From a virus (lineage: Duplodnaviria; Caudoviricetes), in the IMG/VR virus record IMGVR_UViG_3300028585_000035, positions 1 to 44,570 of that record: a DNA stretch of 44,570 nucleotides; one strand, written 5' to 3'. Position 1 is the first letter of the stretch. Each line of letters begins with the position of its first letter. Made by a program: the position numbers and the translations under genes. Shown piece after piece: positions 1 to 9,362 of the stretch. The notes beneath the pieces were generated by a model. It was not told the DNA's origin and made no database searches. It worked only from the letters and a program-made list of their open reading frames with translations.

Positions 1-209
1 GAAACCTGTCGCTCAAGCCGCATCCGGTGTCGCCACCATGTGGGCCTTCCAAGGCCTGCCGGGCGCGCACGCGCCCGTCGGAGCGGTACCATGCATCGAT
101 GGTGCTGCGATGAGGGAGGAGTAACGAAGGCTTCCGCCAAGGAGATTCTTCATGAACCGCGCAATGGCGGATACTTGGCGAAGTAATGACTGTCCAGAAT
201 GGACGTTGT

Positions 210-259
210 TGGCGCGGCTGGCTGGGATCGAACCAGCGACCCTTGGCTTCGGAGGCCAA
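210..259 (-). repeat. att core: duplicated 3' half of tRNA-Arg(CCG)
   Basis: Minus strand reads TTGGC-CTCCGAA-GCCAA (anticodon arm, CCG), GGGTC, GCTGG-TTCGATC-CCAGC (T arm), CAGCCGC-G-CCA. No D arm or 5' acceptor strand upstream, so it is a fragment, not a tRNA gene. Confidence 0.9.
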
Positions 260-262
260 CGG

Positions 263-392
263 TTTCTCCCCTGCGGACTCGCTTTAACACTGCAACTCAT
301 TGATTTTTCAGGATAACGCACTCGGCAACAGGAAGCAACAAGTAGCAGTGTTAGGAAGAAAATCAGGCCATTTTCTCCCCAGATTTCTCCCC
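263..392. promoter_or_regulatory. att arm region: three TTTCTCCCC direct repeats (putative integrase arm sites) and an IHF-like site
   Basis: TTTCTCCCC at 263, 372 and 384; 293-305 on the minus strand reads AATCAATGAGTTG, matching the IHF consensus WATCAANNNNTTR. Confidence 0.6.
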
Positions 393-429
393 ACAATCAG
401 ACATCCGATTTACAATTAGTCAACTTTTG

Positions 430-1434
430 ATGTTGACGGAGGCGGAATTGGACAAAGAACTTCGGCTCGACTGGAAAGAATTCAGCAAAGGCGCAGGGCA
501 TTGGCTCAAGCTCTTTGACGATTCATTCGCTTTGGATGGTGTGCCCCTGTATGCACGCCCCCTACGCTCGGCAATGAGGATGGTGAACGAGGCAATGCCC
601 GAACTCCCTTACGGAGACTCGAAAGAAGATAGCTATTTCCATAAGGAATGGTTTTCGGCTTTAGTTGTCGCTATACGCCATTGGTACGACGACCGTTATG
701 GAGCTGATGCCCTCACAGCGGCGAAGACGACGCTACCCGGATTGGCGATGCTCTACGGCACGCCTGTACGGCTCGAAATTAGAGAAACCCTAGCTAAGGT
801 TGAAGTTGAAGGAGAGACGTCTTGGTGTATCTGGCCAGATTCCATACATGACACTGAGAGCGTTCTTTCATTCCTCCCTCACAAACCTAATCTGCACGCG
901 TTAGAACCAGACGCACGTGCTAAGTTTGAGGAAGACGTTGGGACTGTCGTGCGACGTACTCGTACTATGAACCTTGCGCTTCAAGCTGCCTCTGGTCTTC
1001 CGGATGAAGGCAGGCAAATGGTGCCCGGCGTTATCCGTCACATCGAGAAAGGCGTGTCTGATATTCTCAGCCTGAGCCCAGCCAACGCAGCAGTTGCCGT
1101 ATGGGAGTTTCATTTGGCAGTCGAGAAAGCGTTCAAAGTGTATCTGCATCAAAACGGTAACATCCGCAAAACCCATGACTTAGCGACCCTTTACGAGCGC
1201 GCACAGGACTGCGGTTTATCCGTAACGGAAGCCGTGCTAAAAAAACTTCCCTTCTGGAAAAAATCAAGCGACTATCGCTACGCTGAAGAAGAAGTGTATA
1301 TCGAGCACGCTGTTGAAATCTATGATGCTGCTCTACAGCTAGTAGACGAAATAACATCTAAATTGCATCGTAGGTTAGTCATCAACAACGGCGCAATCCT
1401 GATGCGGAAACCCAAATGGGTAGGACGTAATTAG
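430..1434 (+). CDS. HEPN-domain-containing protein, candidate anti-phage cargo
   Basis: C-terminal FHLAVEKAFKVYL...KTHDLATLY...DYRY pattern typical of HEPN (PF05168-like); located next to att. Confidence 0.6.
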   Translation: MLTEAELDKELRLDWKEFSKGAGHWLKLFDDSFALDGVPLYARPLRSAMRMVNEAMPELPYGDSKEDSYFHKEWFSALVVAIRHWYDDRYGADALTAAKTTLPGLAMLYGTPVRLEIRETLAKVEVEGETSWCIWPDSIHDTESVLSFLPHKPNLHALEPDARAKFEEDVGTVVRRTRTMNLALQAASGLPDEGRQMVPGVIRHIEKGVSDILSLSPANAAVAVWEFHLAVEKAFKVYLHQNGNIRKTHDLATLYERAQDCGLSVTEAVLKKLPFWKKSSDYRYAEEEVYIEHAVEIYDAALQLVDEITSKLHRRLVINNGAILMRKPKWVGRN

Positions 1435-1475
1435 CCCGGCCAGGGCAGCCGACCGTCGAGCCCCACGGGACAGCG

Positions 1476-1598
1476 CTATAGTGATAGAAGAATCGCTACG
1501 CCGGTAGCGATGACGGCAACCGCCAAGGCTGCCATTCCACAGGACACCAGAAACACCAGTGCCCGCTGCGGGTCCTGCATGATTTCTCGTATCTTCAT
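1476..1598 (-). CDS. 40-aa single-TM membrane peptide
   Basis: Hand translation: MKIREIMQDPQRALVFLVSCGMAALAVAVIATGVAILLSL; below the ORF-track cutoff. Confidence 0.4.
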   Translation of the reverse strand: MKIREIMQDPQRALVFLVSCGMAALAVAVIATGVAILLSL

Positions 1599-1807
1599 GG
1601 CTTACGCAAAGTCTCCGTCGTCGAGGGGTGCAGCGCGGTCGTGCTCAGAAAGCTCGTAGTCGTTGAAGTCCATAGAGTCTCCAGATTGACAAGTCAATAT
1701 TACCGGAAATCGAGCCGGGTTAACAGCCCTCATCCGTGGCATCGTTGGCGACGGCTGGCAGTTGCAATCTTCGAGCCTGTGCTGCTTTAGCCAGTCCGCG
1801 CCGACGT

Positions 1808-2020
1808 TCAAGCCGCCCCGCCATGGCGCAATACGCCACCGTGGTCTTCCCAGTGCTTCACGGCATCCAGGCTGTAATAGACGCGGCCAGCTTGCTTAAC
1901 GAAGGCCGGCCCTCGGTTGATGTATCGCCAGTTTTCGATAGTCCTCTTGTTGTATGGCCGCGGGTAGCGAGCGGCCAAGTAGGCGGCAAGTTCAGCAGCA
2001 GTAAGGTAGGTAGGTTGCAT
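1808..2020 (-). CDS. Excisionase/AlpA-like winged-HTH DNA-binding protein
   Basis: MQPTYLTAAELAAYL...KRTIENWRYINRGPAFVKQAGRVYY is a typical HTH_17/Xis pattern; ATG at 2020. Confidence 0.75.
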   Translation of the reverse strand: MQPTYLTAAELAAYLAARYPRPYNKRTIENWRYINRGPAFVKQAGRVYYSLDAVKHWEDHGGVLRHGGAA

Positions 2021-2137
2021 AGTAAGCACTCCGGTAATCGTTCGTGCTATGTGTAGCAACCGAGTGTTTAGTCGTGCAAGAGCAAGGATTTCAGTCGACG
2101 CCCCCACTGCTGGGCGAAAAACCCGTAAACTATCGGG

Positions 2138-3019
2138 ATGGACAAAATTCTTTCCCTTTTTGACGAGCAACAGGCGCCGACACCGGCGCTGTCTGATATT
2201 TCTAGCAACAAAGCTGAGATTCTCATTGGCGATGTGCGTCAAGTCCTGCAGAGCATTCCAGACAACCACTTCCGGACCTGTGTGACTTCACCACCATATT
2301 GGGGGCTGCGTGACTACGGTATCGAAGGGCAGATTGGCGCTGAGACAGATGTGCGAGAGTACATCAAGGACCTCGTGGCTGTTTTCCGAGAAGTGCGCCG
2401 AACGCTCACGGACGACGGCACACTGTGGCTGAATATTGGCGACAGCTACACCTCAGGCGGCCGGACATGGCGACAGGAAGACTCGAAGAACAAAGGGAGG
2501 GGCATGACCTACCGGGCAGACACGCCGGAAGGCCTGAAGCCGAAAGATTTGATTGGCGTCCCATGGCGCCTGGCGTTTGCCCTCCAAGAGGATGGCTGGT
2601 ATCTGCGCACGGACATCATATGGAACAAACCGAACTGTCAACCAGAAAGCGTCAAAGACCGCCCTACTCGCTCGCATGAGTTTGTGTTCCTGCTCAGCAA
2701 GAGCCCGAAGTACTTCTACGATTGGGAAGCAGTGAAAGAGCCCGCCATCGACCAGAAGCAGGGCTCGAAAAATCGCAGGACGGTTTGGAACATCAATACG
2801 GAGCCGTACAAGGGGGCACACTTTGCCGTGTTCCCCCGAGCGCTCGCACGCCTTTGCATCCAAGCTGGCTCTCAGCCAGGCGACCGCGTGCTCGACCCGT
2901 TCTTCGGCAGCGGCACGACCGGCGTTGTCTGTAATGAACTTGGCCGGATGTGCACAGGCGTTGAGCTCAACGAAGAATACGCCGCCCTGGCGACCCAGCG
3001 TTTAAACCAAGGACGCTGA
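2138..3019 (+). CDS. Beta-class N4-cytosine DNA methyltransferase, M.SmaI/M.Cfr9I-like
   Basis: TSPPYWGLRDY catalytic motif precedes the DPFFGSGTTG SAM-binding motif; convergent with an REase gene. Confidence 0.9.
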   Translation: MDKILSLFDEQQAPTPALSDISSNKAEILIGDVRQVLQSIPDNHFRTCVTSPPYWGLRDYGIEGQIGAETDVREYIKDLVAVFREVRRTLTDDGTLWLNIGDSYTSGGRTWRQEDSKNKGRGMTYRADTPEGLKPKDLIGVPWRLAFALQEDGWYLRTDIIWNKPNCQPESVKDRPTRSHEFVFLLSKSPKYFYDWEAVKEPAIDQKQGSKNRRTVWNINTEPYKGAHFAVFPRALARLCIQAGSQPGDRVLDPFFGSGTTGVVCNELGRMCTGVELNEEYAALATQRLNQGR

Positions 3020-3766
3020 GTCGAACGACCAGGTCGCGTGAACGATGCAGAGGTCCTTACGCAAGCTCTTGATTTGCAGCTTGCGTTCGGTCCCACCATC
3101 GAAGTAGAGCGAGAATTTCAACCGCCCGGCAGTGTCGTACACATGACCGTACCCTGGCTTTGGAGTCTGCTTACTCTCGTTCCGCATTTCTAACGTCGCG
3201 TTAGCGCTTTCACGCAACAGCGTCATTGGAATCTCCACCAGCTCGTAGAGAAAACCCGTGGCGCCCTGCCGGTGGCACCGGAATTGGAACACGCGCTGGT
3301 AGCTATTCATGTGCGCGAGGAATTGGTCACGCAAGAGCGGAAGCTCCCACGCGCCTGAGCCAAGTTCCATAACTTTCGAGATGTGAAGCAAGTCAGCCTT
3401 GATGCTAGCGTCGGCCTGAGTTTTCAGGCTAACAGCTACGCCATCGACGGTAATGTCGTGGCCAGGGTTGCCCCGCTTCGCCAGCGTCGCATCGTGGCCA
3501 GCTCGCCTCAGTGCGCCCTCTAATGCGTGCTCAAAACTTTCTTTCGACAACGGGCGCTGCGCCATGGAGTGGTGCGCTAGCAGCGCGTCGCCAATGTGGC
3601 TCAGGCCTGTATCGGAAATGAAGTCACTCTCGGGATTGCGATAACCGACGGTTGCGGTCGAGAGCTTTGCAACCAAGTTCTTAACCAACAAGATTTGTGA
3701 CGGCGTCAACGCTTCGAGCGCGAGTGCGATGTCTTTGATGATTTCCTGCCGCTGCTGCTCGTCCAT
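3002..3766 (-). CDS. Type II restriction endonuclease, SmaI family (predicted CCCGGG)
   Basis: Segments NPGHDITVD..VSLKT, HISKVMELGSGAW, LVEIP, SKQTPKPGYG and KFSLYFDGGTERKLQIK match my recollection of R.SmaI; convergent overlap with the MTase. Confidence 0.85.
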   Translation of the reverse strand: MDEQQRQEIIKDIALALEALTPSQILLVKNLVAKLSTATVGYRNPESDFISDTGLSHIGDALLAHHSMAQRPLSKESFEHALEGALRRAGHDATLAKRGNPGHDITVDGVAVSLKTQADASIKADLLHISKVMELGSGAWELPLLRDQFLAHMNSYQRVFQFRCHRQGATGFLYELVEIPMTLLRESANATLEMRNESKQTPKPGYGHVYDTAGRLKFSLYFDGGTERKLQIKSLRKDLCIVHATWSFDSASLV

Positions 3767-3832
3767 ACCACTCCAGAAAAAGATGTTTTTACCATCTTTA
3801 TTCTACTATTGTTTTTAGACAATACTAAGTGT

Positions 3833-4306
3833 TTAGGTATCGAGAATAGCTTTGATAGCAAGCTGGACGCGCTCTTCGCTCAGGCCCAATCGGTCATCAG
3901 TGAGTACCAGCCGTTCACGAGCTGATGCTGGCCACCCTGAAGGGTCATTGTCGATGGCGAACCATGACGCAGGCCGGCGCCGCTCTACATCTGCGAGCAC
4001 TTGCGCGCCACGCGCCATAAAGTCGAACTCGAGCTTCTGCGTTTCACGGATATCGAACGTAGCGCCGACCACGCGCGCCTGCAGCGCTGGTGACAGTTTG
4101 CCCTTAGCGGACTCGAGACTTAGCTGACGCACCCAAGTTGTCGCTAACACGATGCGCGTCGCATGCGGTGCGAGCAGCTCTTCAAGGATGGGCATCCATT
4201 CAAACAGCACGCGCCCGGGCGTAGCAATGTGGATGCCCCGCTCGAAGCTGTAGTACACCGCATCATCGTGCAGCACGCCATCGAAGTCGAGGTAGCAAAT
4301 CTCCAT
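3833..4306 (-). CDS. HAD-superfamily protein (HAD_SAK-like phosphatase)
   Basis: YLDFDGVLH motif I, IVLATTW motif II, WFAIDND motif IV. Confidence 0.8.
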   Translation of the reverse strand: MEICYLDFDGVLHDDAVYYSFERGIHIATPGRVLFEWMPILEELLAPHATRIVLATTWVRQLSLESAKGKLSPALQARVVGATFDIRETQKLEFDFMARGAQVLADVERRRPASWFAIDNDPSGWPASARERLVLTDDRLGLSEERVQLAIKAILDT

Positions 4307-4415
4307 CGTTCATTCTACCGCCATCGTCGCGTATGAACATCAGCCTGGTTGCCTAGCGCTGCTATCAAAGATAGCGGCTAGTAAAACTAAGGGGCTCCGC
4401 GGAGCCCCTTCTGCA

Positions 4416-4985
4416 TTATGCAGGCGTCTCGTTGTCGTAGATTTCAAGTGCTTCCAGCAGTTCAGGAGGCACCTTGCCCATGCTCCTCCGAATCTCGAAT
4501 GCCGGCACGAATAGCACCGCTCCGAATTCGGCACCGTCTGCAATCGCCGCCTGGAAGTTCTCGTCGAAAATGCGGAGGATGAGTCGCAGCGAGTTGAAGA
4601 ACCCGCCAATGCCGACCTCGGCGTACCAAGCAGGGAACTCGGCAACCATCAGCTCGAGCGTCTTCAAATCGTAGGACATCTGCGATGCGGCTTTGTCCGC
4701 GCCCAGCTTCACCACGCGAGCGGCCTTTTCCGTTTTTACTCGGGGCAGAATCTCAGGGCCGGTAGCCAGGCGCGCTTCGAGCGCGTCGACAAGCGCCGTG
4801 CGGACAGCTTCTGGGCTTTGGCCAGCGGCTTCAGCCTTGGCTGCGGCTGCGTCGATTTCGCGAATCAGCATCATTACGGCTGAGAACGATGCGTCCAAGC
4901 CCGGCCCCAAGTCTTTCTGCCAAGTGAGCAGTGCGTTGCCGAGGCGGGTAATCCCGCCGAGTTCTCGTTGTTCCAAATCGTTCAT
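4416..4985 (-). CDS. Hypothetical protein
   Basis: Open ORF of about 190 aa, AAGGTG SD-like sequence upstream, hairpin at 4389-4410 downstream. Confidence 0.6.
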   Translation of the reverse strand: MNDLEQRELGGITRLGNALLTWQKDLGPGLDASFSAVMMLIREIDAAAAKAEAAGQSPEAVRTALVDALEARLATGPEILPRVKTEKAARVVKLGADKAASQMSYDLKTLELMVAEFPAWYAEVGIGGFFNSLRLILRIFDENFQAAIADGAEFGAVLFVPAFEIRRSMGKVPPELLEALEIYDNETPA

Positions 4986-5118
4986 ACGCACCTTTAGTTA
5001 TTGAGAGCAACATTCTACGCGGAGACTTTTAGCCAATGGTGGTGCGGTAGCTACACGAGACAACACTCCCTCGAAAGCTACTAATGAAATCCGCCCTACC
5101 ACCCTCGGAGCATCTGTA

Positions 5119-5475
5119 ATGGGTGCCTCCAGCTACCAGCGCGACCGCAAGCGCATCTACGAAGAAGCCCACGGCCGTGGCAAAGGCTTTCGGAAGGCCG
5201 CTCTGAAGCGCCTGGACAGGGAGTACGACGTGGAGCCCATCCGTCGTGGCGGCAAAATAGTTGGAGTTCGCTTCGAAGGCGAGACCATCATGTGCCGCAA
5301 GAAGTCCTTCGCCTCGCGCGACTTGGCGCTGGACTCGCTTCGCCAAATCAAGAACGGCCAAGCGAAAGGCCACGAAGTGCCGCGGCGTATCTATCCATGC
5401 CCGCACTGCTGCCAGTTTCACCTCACGCACCTGGTAAGTCGCGAGCAGCCGGCCGATATCGACTACGAAGATTAG
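5119..5475 (+). CDS. Basic phage protein with Cys/His zinc-binding motif
   Basis: C-terminal RIYPCPHCCQFHLT plus an upstream CRKKSF; GGAG SD. Confidence 0.7.
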   Translation: MGASSYQRDRKRIYEEAHGRGKGFRKAALKRLDREYDVEPIRRGGKIVGVRFEGETIMCRKKSFASRDLALDSLRQIKNGQAKGHEVPRRIYPCPHCCQFHLTHLVSREQPADIDYED

Positions 5476-5598
5476 AGTACTTATTCTAATCTTTCCGGCG
5501 AGACGGGATTCGTGCAGTTTCGTGTAAATGCGAGCGCTATACGATGGAGGAGCTAGCAAAGATAGCCGGCTCCACAACCCACCAAATGGAGCTACACA

Positions 5599-5814
5599 AT
5601 GAAATACGAAATCAACACAGTCGCACAGTTCAAAGCCGCCCTTTTCGATGACCTGAACCAGCACTTCAAAGCCAACGACCCGATTCGCCTTGACTTCAAG
5701 TTGTTCAATCAGTACGTCGACGACTACGCAGCAGGCACAGACGACATCCGCAGCGTCTCGAGCACTCCGGCCACGCGCACCCGCAAAGCCTGGTTCGCCG
5801 AACTGAACGCCTAA
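5599..5814 (+). CDS. Small hypothetical protein
   Basis: GGAG SD; own CTATACG promoter-like motif at 5537. Confidence 0.65.
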   Translation: MKYEINTVAQFKAALFDDLNQHFKANDPIRLDFKLFNQYVDDYAAGTDDIRSVSSTPATRTRKAWFAELNA

Positions 5815-5917
5815 TCACTCTGCCCCGCCACGTGTGGGGCTTATCGCTATACGTGTTTCGGTGGTAGCGCTTACCGATAAACGTGGCCATTCAGTCTTCA
5901 AAACTAGGGGAATCAAA

Positions 5918-6142
5918 ATGAAAAGTACCAATCCGGATTTCGGCATCTACTCCGTTGCATTCGAAAACGGCGACAAGTGTCATGTCGAAGCATTCGAACC
6001 GCGCCATGCAGAAGCTCTGGCATGCGAACTCGCCGGTCAGCGTGCTGCAGCTCATTGCCAGTTTATGCGAAAGCCAACACACGAGGAAATGCAGAGCGAG
6101 CGGCCGTACGCTCGATACATGCCGCATGCAGTAACGCAGTAA
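5918..6142 (+). CDS. Small hypothetical protein
   Basis: AGGGGA SD before ATG 5918, motif at 5847, terminator directly after the stop. Confidence 0.6.
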   Translation: MKSTNPDFGIYSVAFENGDKCHVEAFEPRHAEALACELAGQRAAAHCQFMRKPTHEEMQSERPYARYMPHAVTQ

Positions 6143-6147
6143 TTCCA

Positions 6148-6170
6148 AGGCCCGCGCAAGCGGGCTTTTC
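6148..6170 (+). terminator. Intrinsic terminator
   Basis: GCCCGC-GCAA-GCGGGC followed by TTTT. Confidence 0.75.
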
Positions 6171-6240
6171 TTCGTCTCGTGCAGTGGCGTGTAAAAGCGG
6201 TGCCTATACGTATCAGACCCCTACGAACAAGGACCTGACC

Positions 6241-6453
6241 ATGTGTATCACCCATGCTTTACAAAACCGAGCTACTCACCTGACCGAGCTCATGATGGCT
6301 CTTTCCGAAATGGCCAAGGCAGTACAGCGAGGTGAGCCATTACCGCCTCTGACGCCGGCGCAAGTCGAAGGCATGCTGCTCACCGTCGGCGAATCGCTGC
6401 TAGCTAATCACCGCGCGCTCCGGGCCGCCAAGGAACAGTGCGCAGCTGCTTAA
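6241..6453 (+). CDS. Small hypothetical helical protein
   Basis: AAGGA SD before ATG 6241, motif at 6204, terminator after. Confidence 0.6.
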   Translation: MCITHALQNRATHLTELMMALSEMAKAVQRGEPLPPLTPAQVEGMLLTVGESLLANHRALRAAKEQCAAA

Positions 6454-6475
6454 CTGCGTATATTGCAATGAATTC

Positions 6476-6506
6476 AATAAGGGGGCTTTCGCCCCCTTAT
6501 TCTTTT
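6476..6506. terminator. Probable bidirectional terminator
   Basis: AATAAGGGGGC-TTTC-GCCCCCTTATT hairpin between convergent genes. Confidence 0.75.
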
Positions 6507-6526
6507 GCCTGTGTACCCGTCACACG

Positions 6527-7258
6527 CTACGCTTCGACGCCCAAGGGCAGCAGGCCACGGATGTAGTCAGCCATGCCTGGACGGGTCGCGTCTCGCCACT
6601 TCTGCAGCGTCGGCAAGCGGCTTGGCCGGTCGCAGCAGATGATGAACGCCAGAGGCCCCTTCGCCAGCTTGACGATTTGCTGGCCAGCGATAGCGGTTTG
6701 CGGGTGAGCCAGGTAGACGCCGAGCAGAGGCTTGCACTCTTCATTGAACAGAACCGCGTCGAAGTGCGCCCAGTCGTGTCGGCCCAAGAAGTTCCGGGCG
6801 ACCGCGCGGCGACCAACAGGGGTCCAGCTCACGCCCGTGGTCAGCAGCCTGTGGCACAAGTCGATGACGGGCGCCCGGACATTGTGGTCGGCCAAGCTCA
6901 AGTTGTAGCCGTCGGCAAACCAGGTCTGCGGCGCCTTCCCGGCCGGCCAATCTGTTTCGGCCCAGTCGGTCTCGTACTGCTCGTTGAGCACGGCGGCGCC
7001 CTTGTGCGTAAGCACGTAGCCACGAGGAACGCCGGCCGGCAGCACTTCAGGCACTTTTTCACCAGGCCGCTGGCGCAGGTCGCGGGCCAGGACATAGCCG
7101 TTTTTGGCCAAGGTGCTCAGCATGCTTTGCGCCATCACGTGGGCGCTCCGCTCACCGTGGGAGGGCCAGTTCAGCTTCGCCACGTCCTTTGTGGCGAGGT
7201 AGCCGAAGCTGCCGAGAAACTGCAGAACGAGCATTTGCTGCTCAGTTAGGGTTTTCAT
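6527..7258 (-). CDS. Winged-helix protein resembling the replication-relaxation (Replic_Relax) family
   Basis: N-terminal LTEQQMLVLQFLGSFGYLATKDVAKLNWP...LSTLAKNGYV, then YVLTHKGA and a later His; resemblance by eye only. Confidence 0.4.
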   Translation of the reverse strand: MKTLTEQQMLVLQFLGSFGYLATKDVAKLNWPSHGERSAHVMAQSMLSTLAKNGYVLARDLRQRPGEKVPEVLPAGVPRGYVLTHKGAAVLNEQYETDWAETDWPAGKAPQTWFADGYNLSLADHNVRAPVIDLCHRLLTTGVSWTPVGRRAVARNFLGRHDWAHFDAVLFNEECKPLLGVYLAHPQTAIAGQQIVKLAKGPLAFIICCDRPSRLPTLQKWRDATRPGMADYIRGLLPLGVEA

Positions 7259-7859
7259 TGTAGGACTTTCACAAAAGTTGTTGGAGCCCCTGTTGCATTT
7301 GCACGGGGTTACACGATGTGTAGCTACAAGTGCTCCACGCCTGCATTTCCCCTAGGAAGTAACTCTGCTCTGGCGGCCAGGCTGTCCCCTGACAACGGCC
7401 CAACCCACATACGCCCCGACCGAAGGACAGGGAGCCAGGACTGCTGGCGGGGAATAAGACCCCTCGCTACGCTCGGTACGCCTCTCAGACCTGCAATACC
7501 TACCTACAAGTCCTCCCGAGCCGCAGAACCCCCTCTTGTTTTCAATTTAACCCCGGCCTCCCGCATCACTCGAGCCGCACCCTTGCGCCGGCGCAAGGCG
7601 CCCGGAATGCCGCACTCCTCACACCTTTTGTTTTCAATGCTTTGGTCCTTCCCTTCTCGAGCCGCGGCCCTGGACTGCTGCTCTCTCCAGCAGAGCTCCC
7701 CTATTGTTTTCAAGGCGGTGTGCCTGGACCCTTGCGCCGGCGCAAGGGGCAGGACTCCCCTTTGCTTTCAATGCTGGCGCTGTAGGTTTTTTATGGCTTA
7801 GGGCTCCCGGTCGCAGCATGGCGCAGTACGCTCGAGGGGGCAAAACGATGGAGGATGCG

Positions 7860-8081
7860 ATGGAGTACGAGTTCACACTCAGATACAGCATTGAGAGCAA
7901 TGTCGACGACGCGCTAGAGCGCCTGGCCGCGGCGGGGTGCACAGATGCACTTGTGGGCCTCGGCCGTCTCGGGCAGTTGTGCTTGGAGTTTAGGCGAGCG
8001 GCAGAGTCGGAAGCTGCTGCAATCGAGAGTGCTAAGGCAGACATCGGACGTGCGCTCCCGGAGGCAGTGCTAATGCGTTGA
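7860..8081 (+). CDS. Small protein resembling the N-terminal domain of HicB-like antitoxin/DNA-binding proteins, without the HTH
   Basis: MEYEFTLRY...ERLAAAGCTDALVGLGRLGQLCLEFRRAA...ADIGRALPEA; GGAGG SD. Confidence 0.55.
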   Translation: MEYEFTLRYSIESNVDDALERLAAAGCTDALVGLGRLGQLCLEFRRAAESEAAAIESAKADIGRALPEAVLMR

Positions 8082-8889
8082 CAACAAAGGGGGGGGGGCT
8101 GCGCCCGGCGAGGCCGGGGTGCAGGACTACCCGCATCGCTTCCGCCCGCTACGAGCGGTTGTTGGCAAAAGGCGTACAGGCCTATTGCGCGAAGTCGCCC
8201 ATCTGGAGAACGCGCAGCTAGTTTCCTGGGAGTGCAGCACATCGGTGACGCTGCTTCGCATCGCCCCCGTGTTTTCTCGCCGCTTCGCCGGCGTGAATAC
8301 CCGAGAACACTACAAACCATCGCCGTGAGTCTCCCCGTATATGGCCCCGAGTTCTGGCCCGTCGTACCCGTCCCACGCTGCGCGCTCGACGTCGCGGGTT
8401 GTCAGCTTGGCCGGGCGGAACTGCCGCGATAGCGGCAAGGATTCCTTGTAATCAAAAGGGGGTTTTCGAGGAGCTGGGGCCGGTCTTGCGCCGGCGCAAG
8501 GGTGGTGATAGGGGTCAGCCGGCCAGAGGGGCTTTCAGCCGTGGCAGGGGGCCTTGCGCCGGCGCAAGGGCTGGCGCTGGAGGGAGTGTTGAGCTATTGG
8601 GGGCGCTGGTGGGCAGTATCTAGGGCTGCGCAGCGTGCCCGCAGGTCGCTCGCGCGGGAGGGCGTGGCCCGAGCCCTTTGGGGCGAGGTTTTTTATCGAA
8701 ATCTGCAAAACGTATAAAACTGGACCGTCATTTGTGTAGTCGAGTGCTATACGGTGTATTAGGAACTCAAGCAGAGTGAACGAGATGAAGGTTAGCTGGG
8801 CAGACTAAAGCATCGGTGCCGGTGTTTCAGCCTGCCTAGCTAGCGGGACCGACGGCATCAGCCCCGGTTTAACTTCATGGAGTTTCACT

Positions 8890-9324
8890 ATGTTCGCAAT
8901 TATCTCTGTAATCGTTCTGTGTGCCGTCGCAGTGGTCGTTGTTCAAGCCGAAGCGTACGCACTACTCAAGGGCATCGAGTTCGGTCTGAAGTGCAAGGGA
9001 AATACCGCTGTAGAACGCTGCAACATTGCGTTCAACCGTTACGGGTGGGGTAGCGTGGTGTTTCACCAAGCAGCTTGTGCCCGGCTCGGTAAGAAACCAG
9101 CGTATCGCCTCGAAGTTCCGGTAGCGCTGGTATGGGTGACGGGTGTCGTATACCGCGGCGCTGAATTTCAGGGAACTCCGTTTGCCTTCGCGCTAACTAC
9201 GGCGATGGGTGCAGCCGCAATCGTGGGTATCGGTTTCTTCGCAGCTGCGTATGGCAAAGCGTTCGTCGCAGCACGCTCTGAGGTCTCGACTCACCAAGAA
9301 CAAGGAACTGGGTACGTCTACTGA
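8890..9324 (+). CDS. Membrane protein, about 3 TM segments
   Basis: Hydrophobic N-terminus and two C-terminal hydrophobic stretches; GGAG SD; own promoter motif and terminator. Confidence 0.65.
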   Translation: MFAIISVIVLCAVAVVVVQAEAYALLKGIEFGLKCKGNTAVERCNIAFNRYGWGSVVFHQAACARLGKKPAYRLEVPVALVWVTGVVYRGAEFQGTPFAFALTTAMGAAAIVGIGFFAAAYGKAFVAARSEVSTHQEQGTGYVY

Positions 9325-9336
9325 TTCATTATTCAC

Positions 9337-9362
9337 AAAACCCCGGCATGCCGGGGTTTTTT
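9337..9362. terminator. Bidirectional intrinsic terminator
   Basis: AAAACCCCGGC-AT-GCCGGGGTTTTTT between convergent ORFs. Confidence 0.8.

Noticed and set aside
210-290. Intact tRNA-Arg gene
   Set aside because: Only the anticodon arm to CCA is present; the upstream sequence cannot form the D arm or acceptor stem
13-396. 127-aa ORF
   Set aside because: Spans the att core and arm sites; spurious
7500-7780. CRISPR-like mini-array
   Set aside because: Repeats are about 10 bp, imperfect and irregularly spaced (92, 76, 58 bp); no cas genes
8089-8098. G10 tract as a phase-variation switch
   Set aside because: Lies after the stop codon of 7860-8081 and not within an evident gene or promoter
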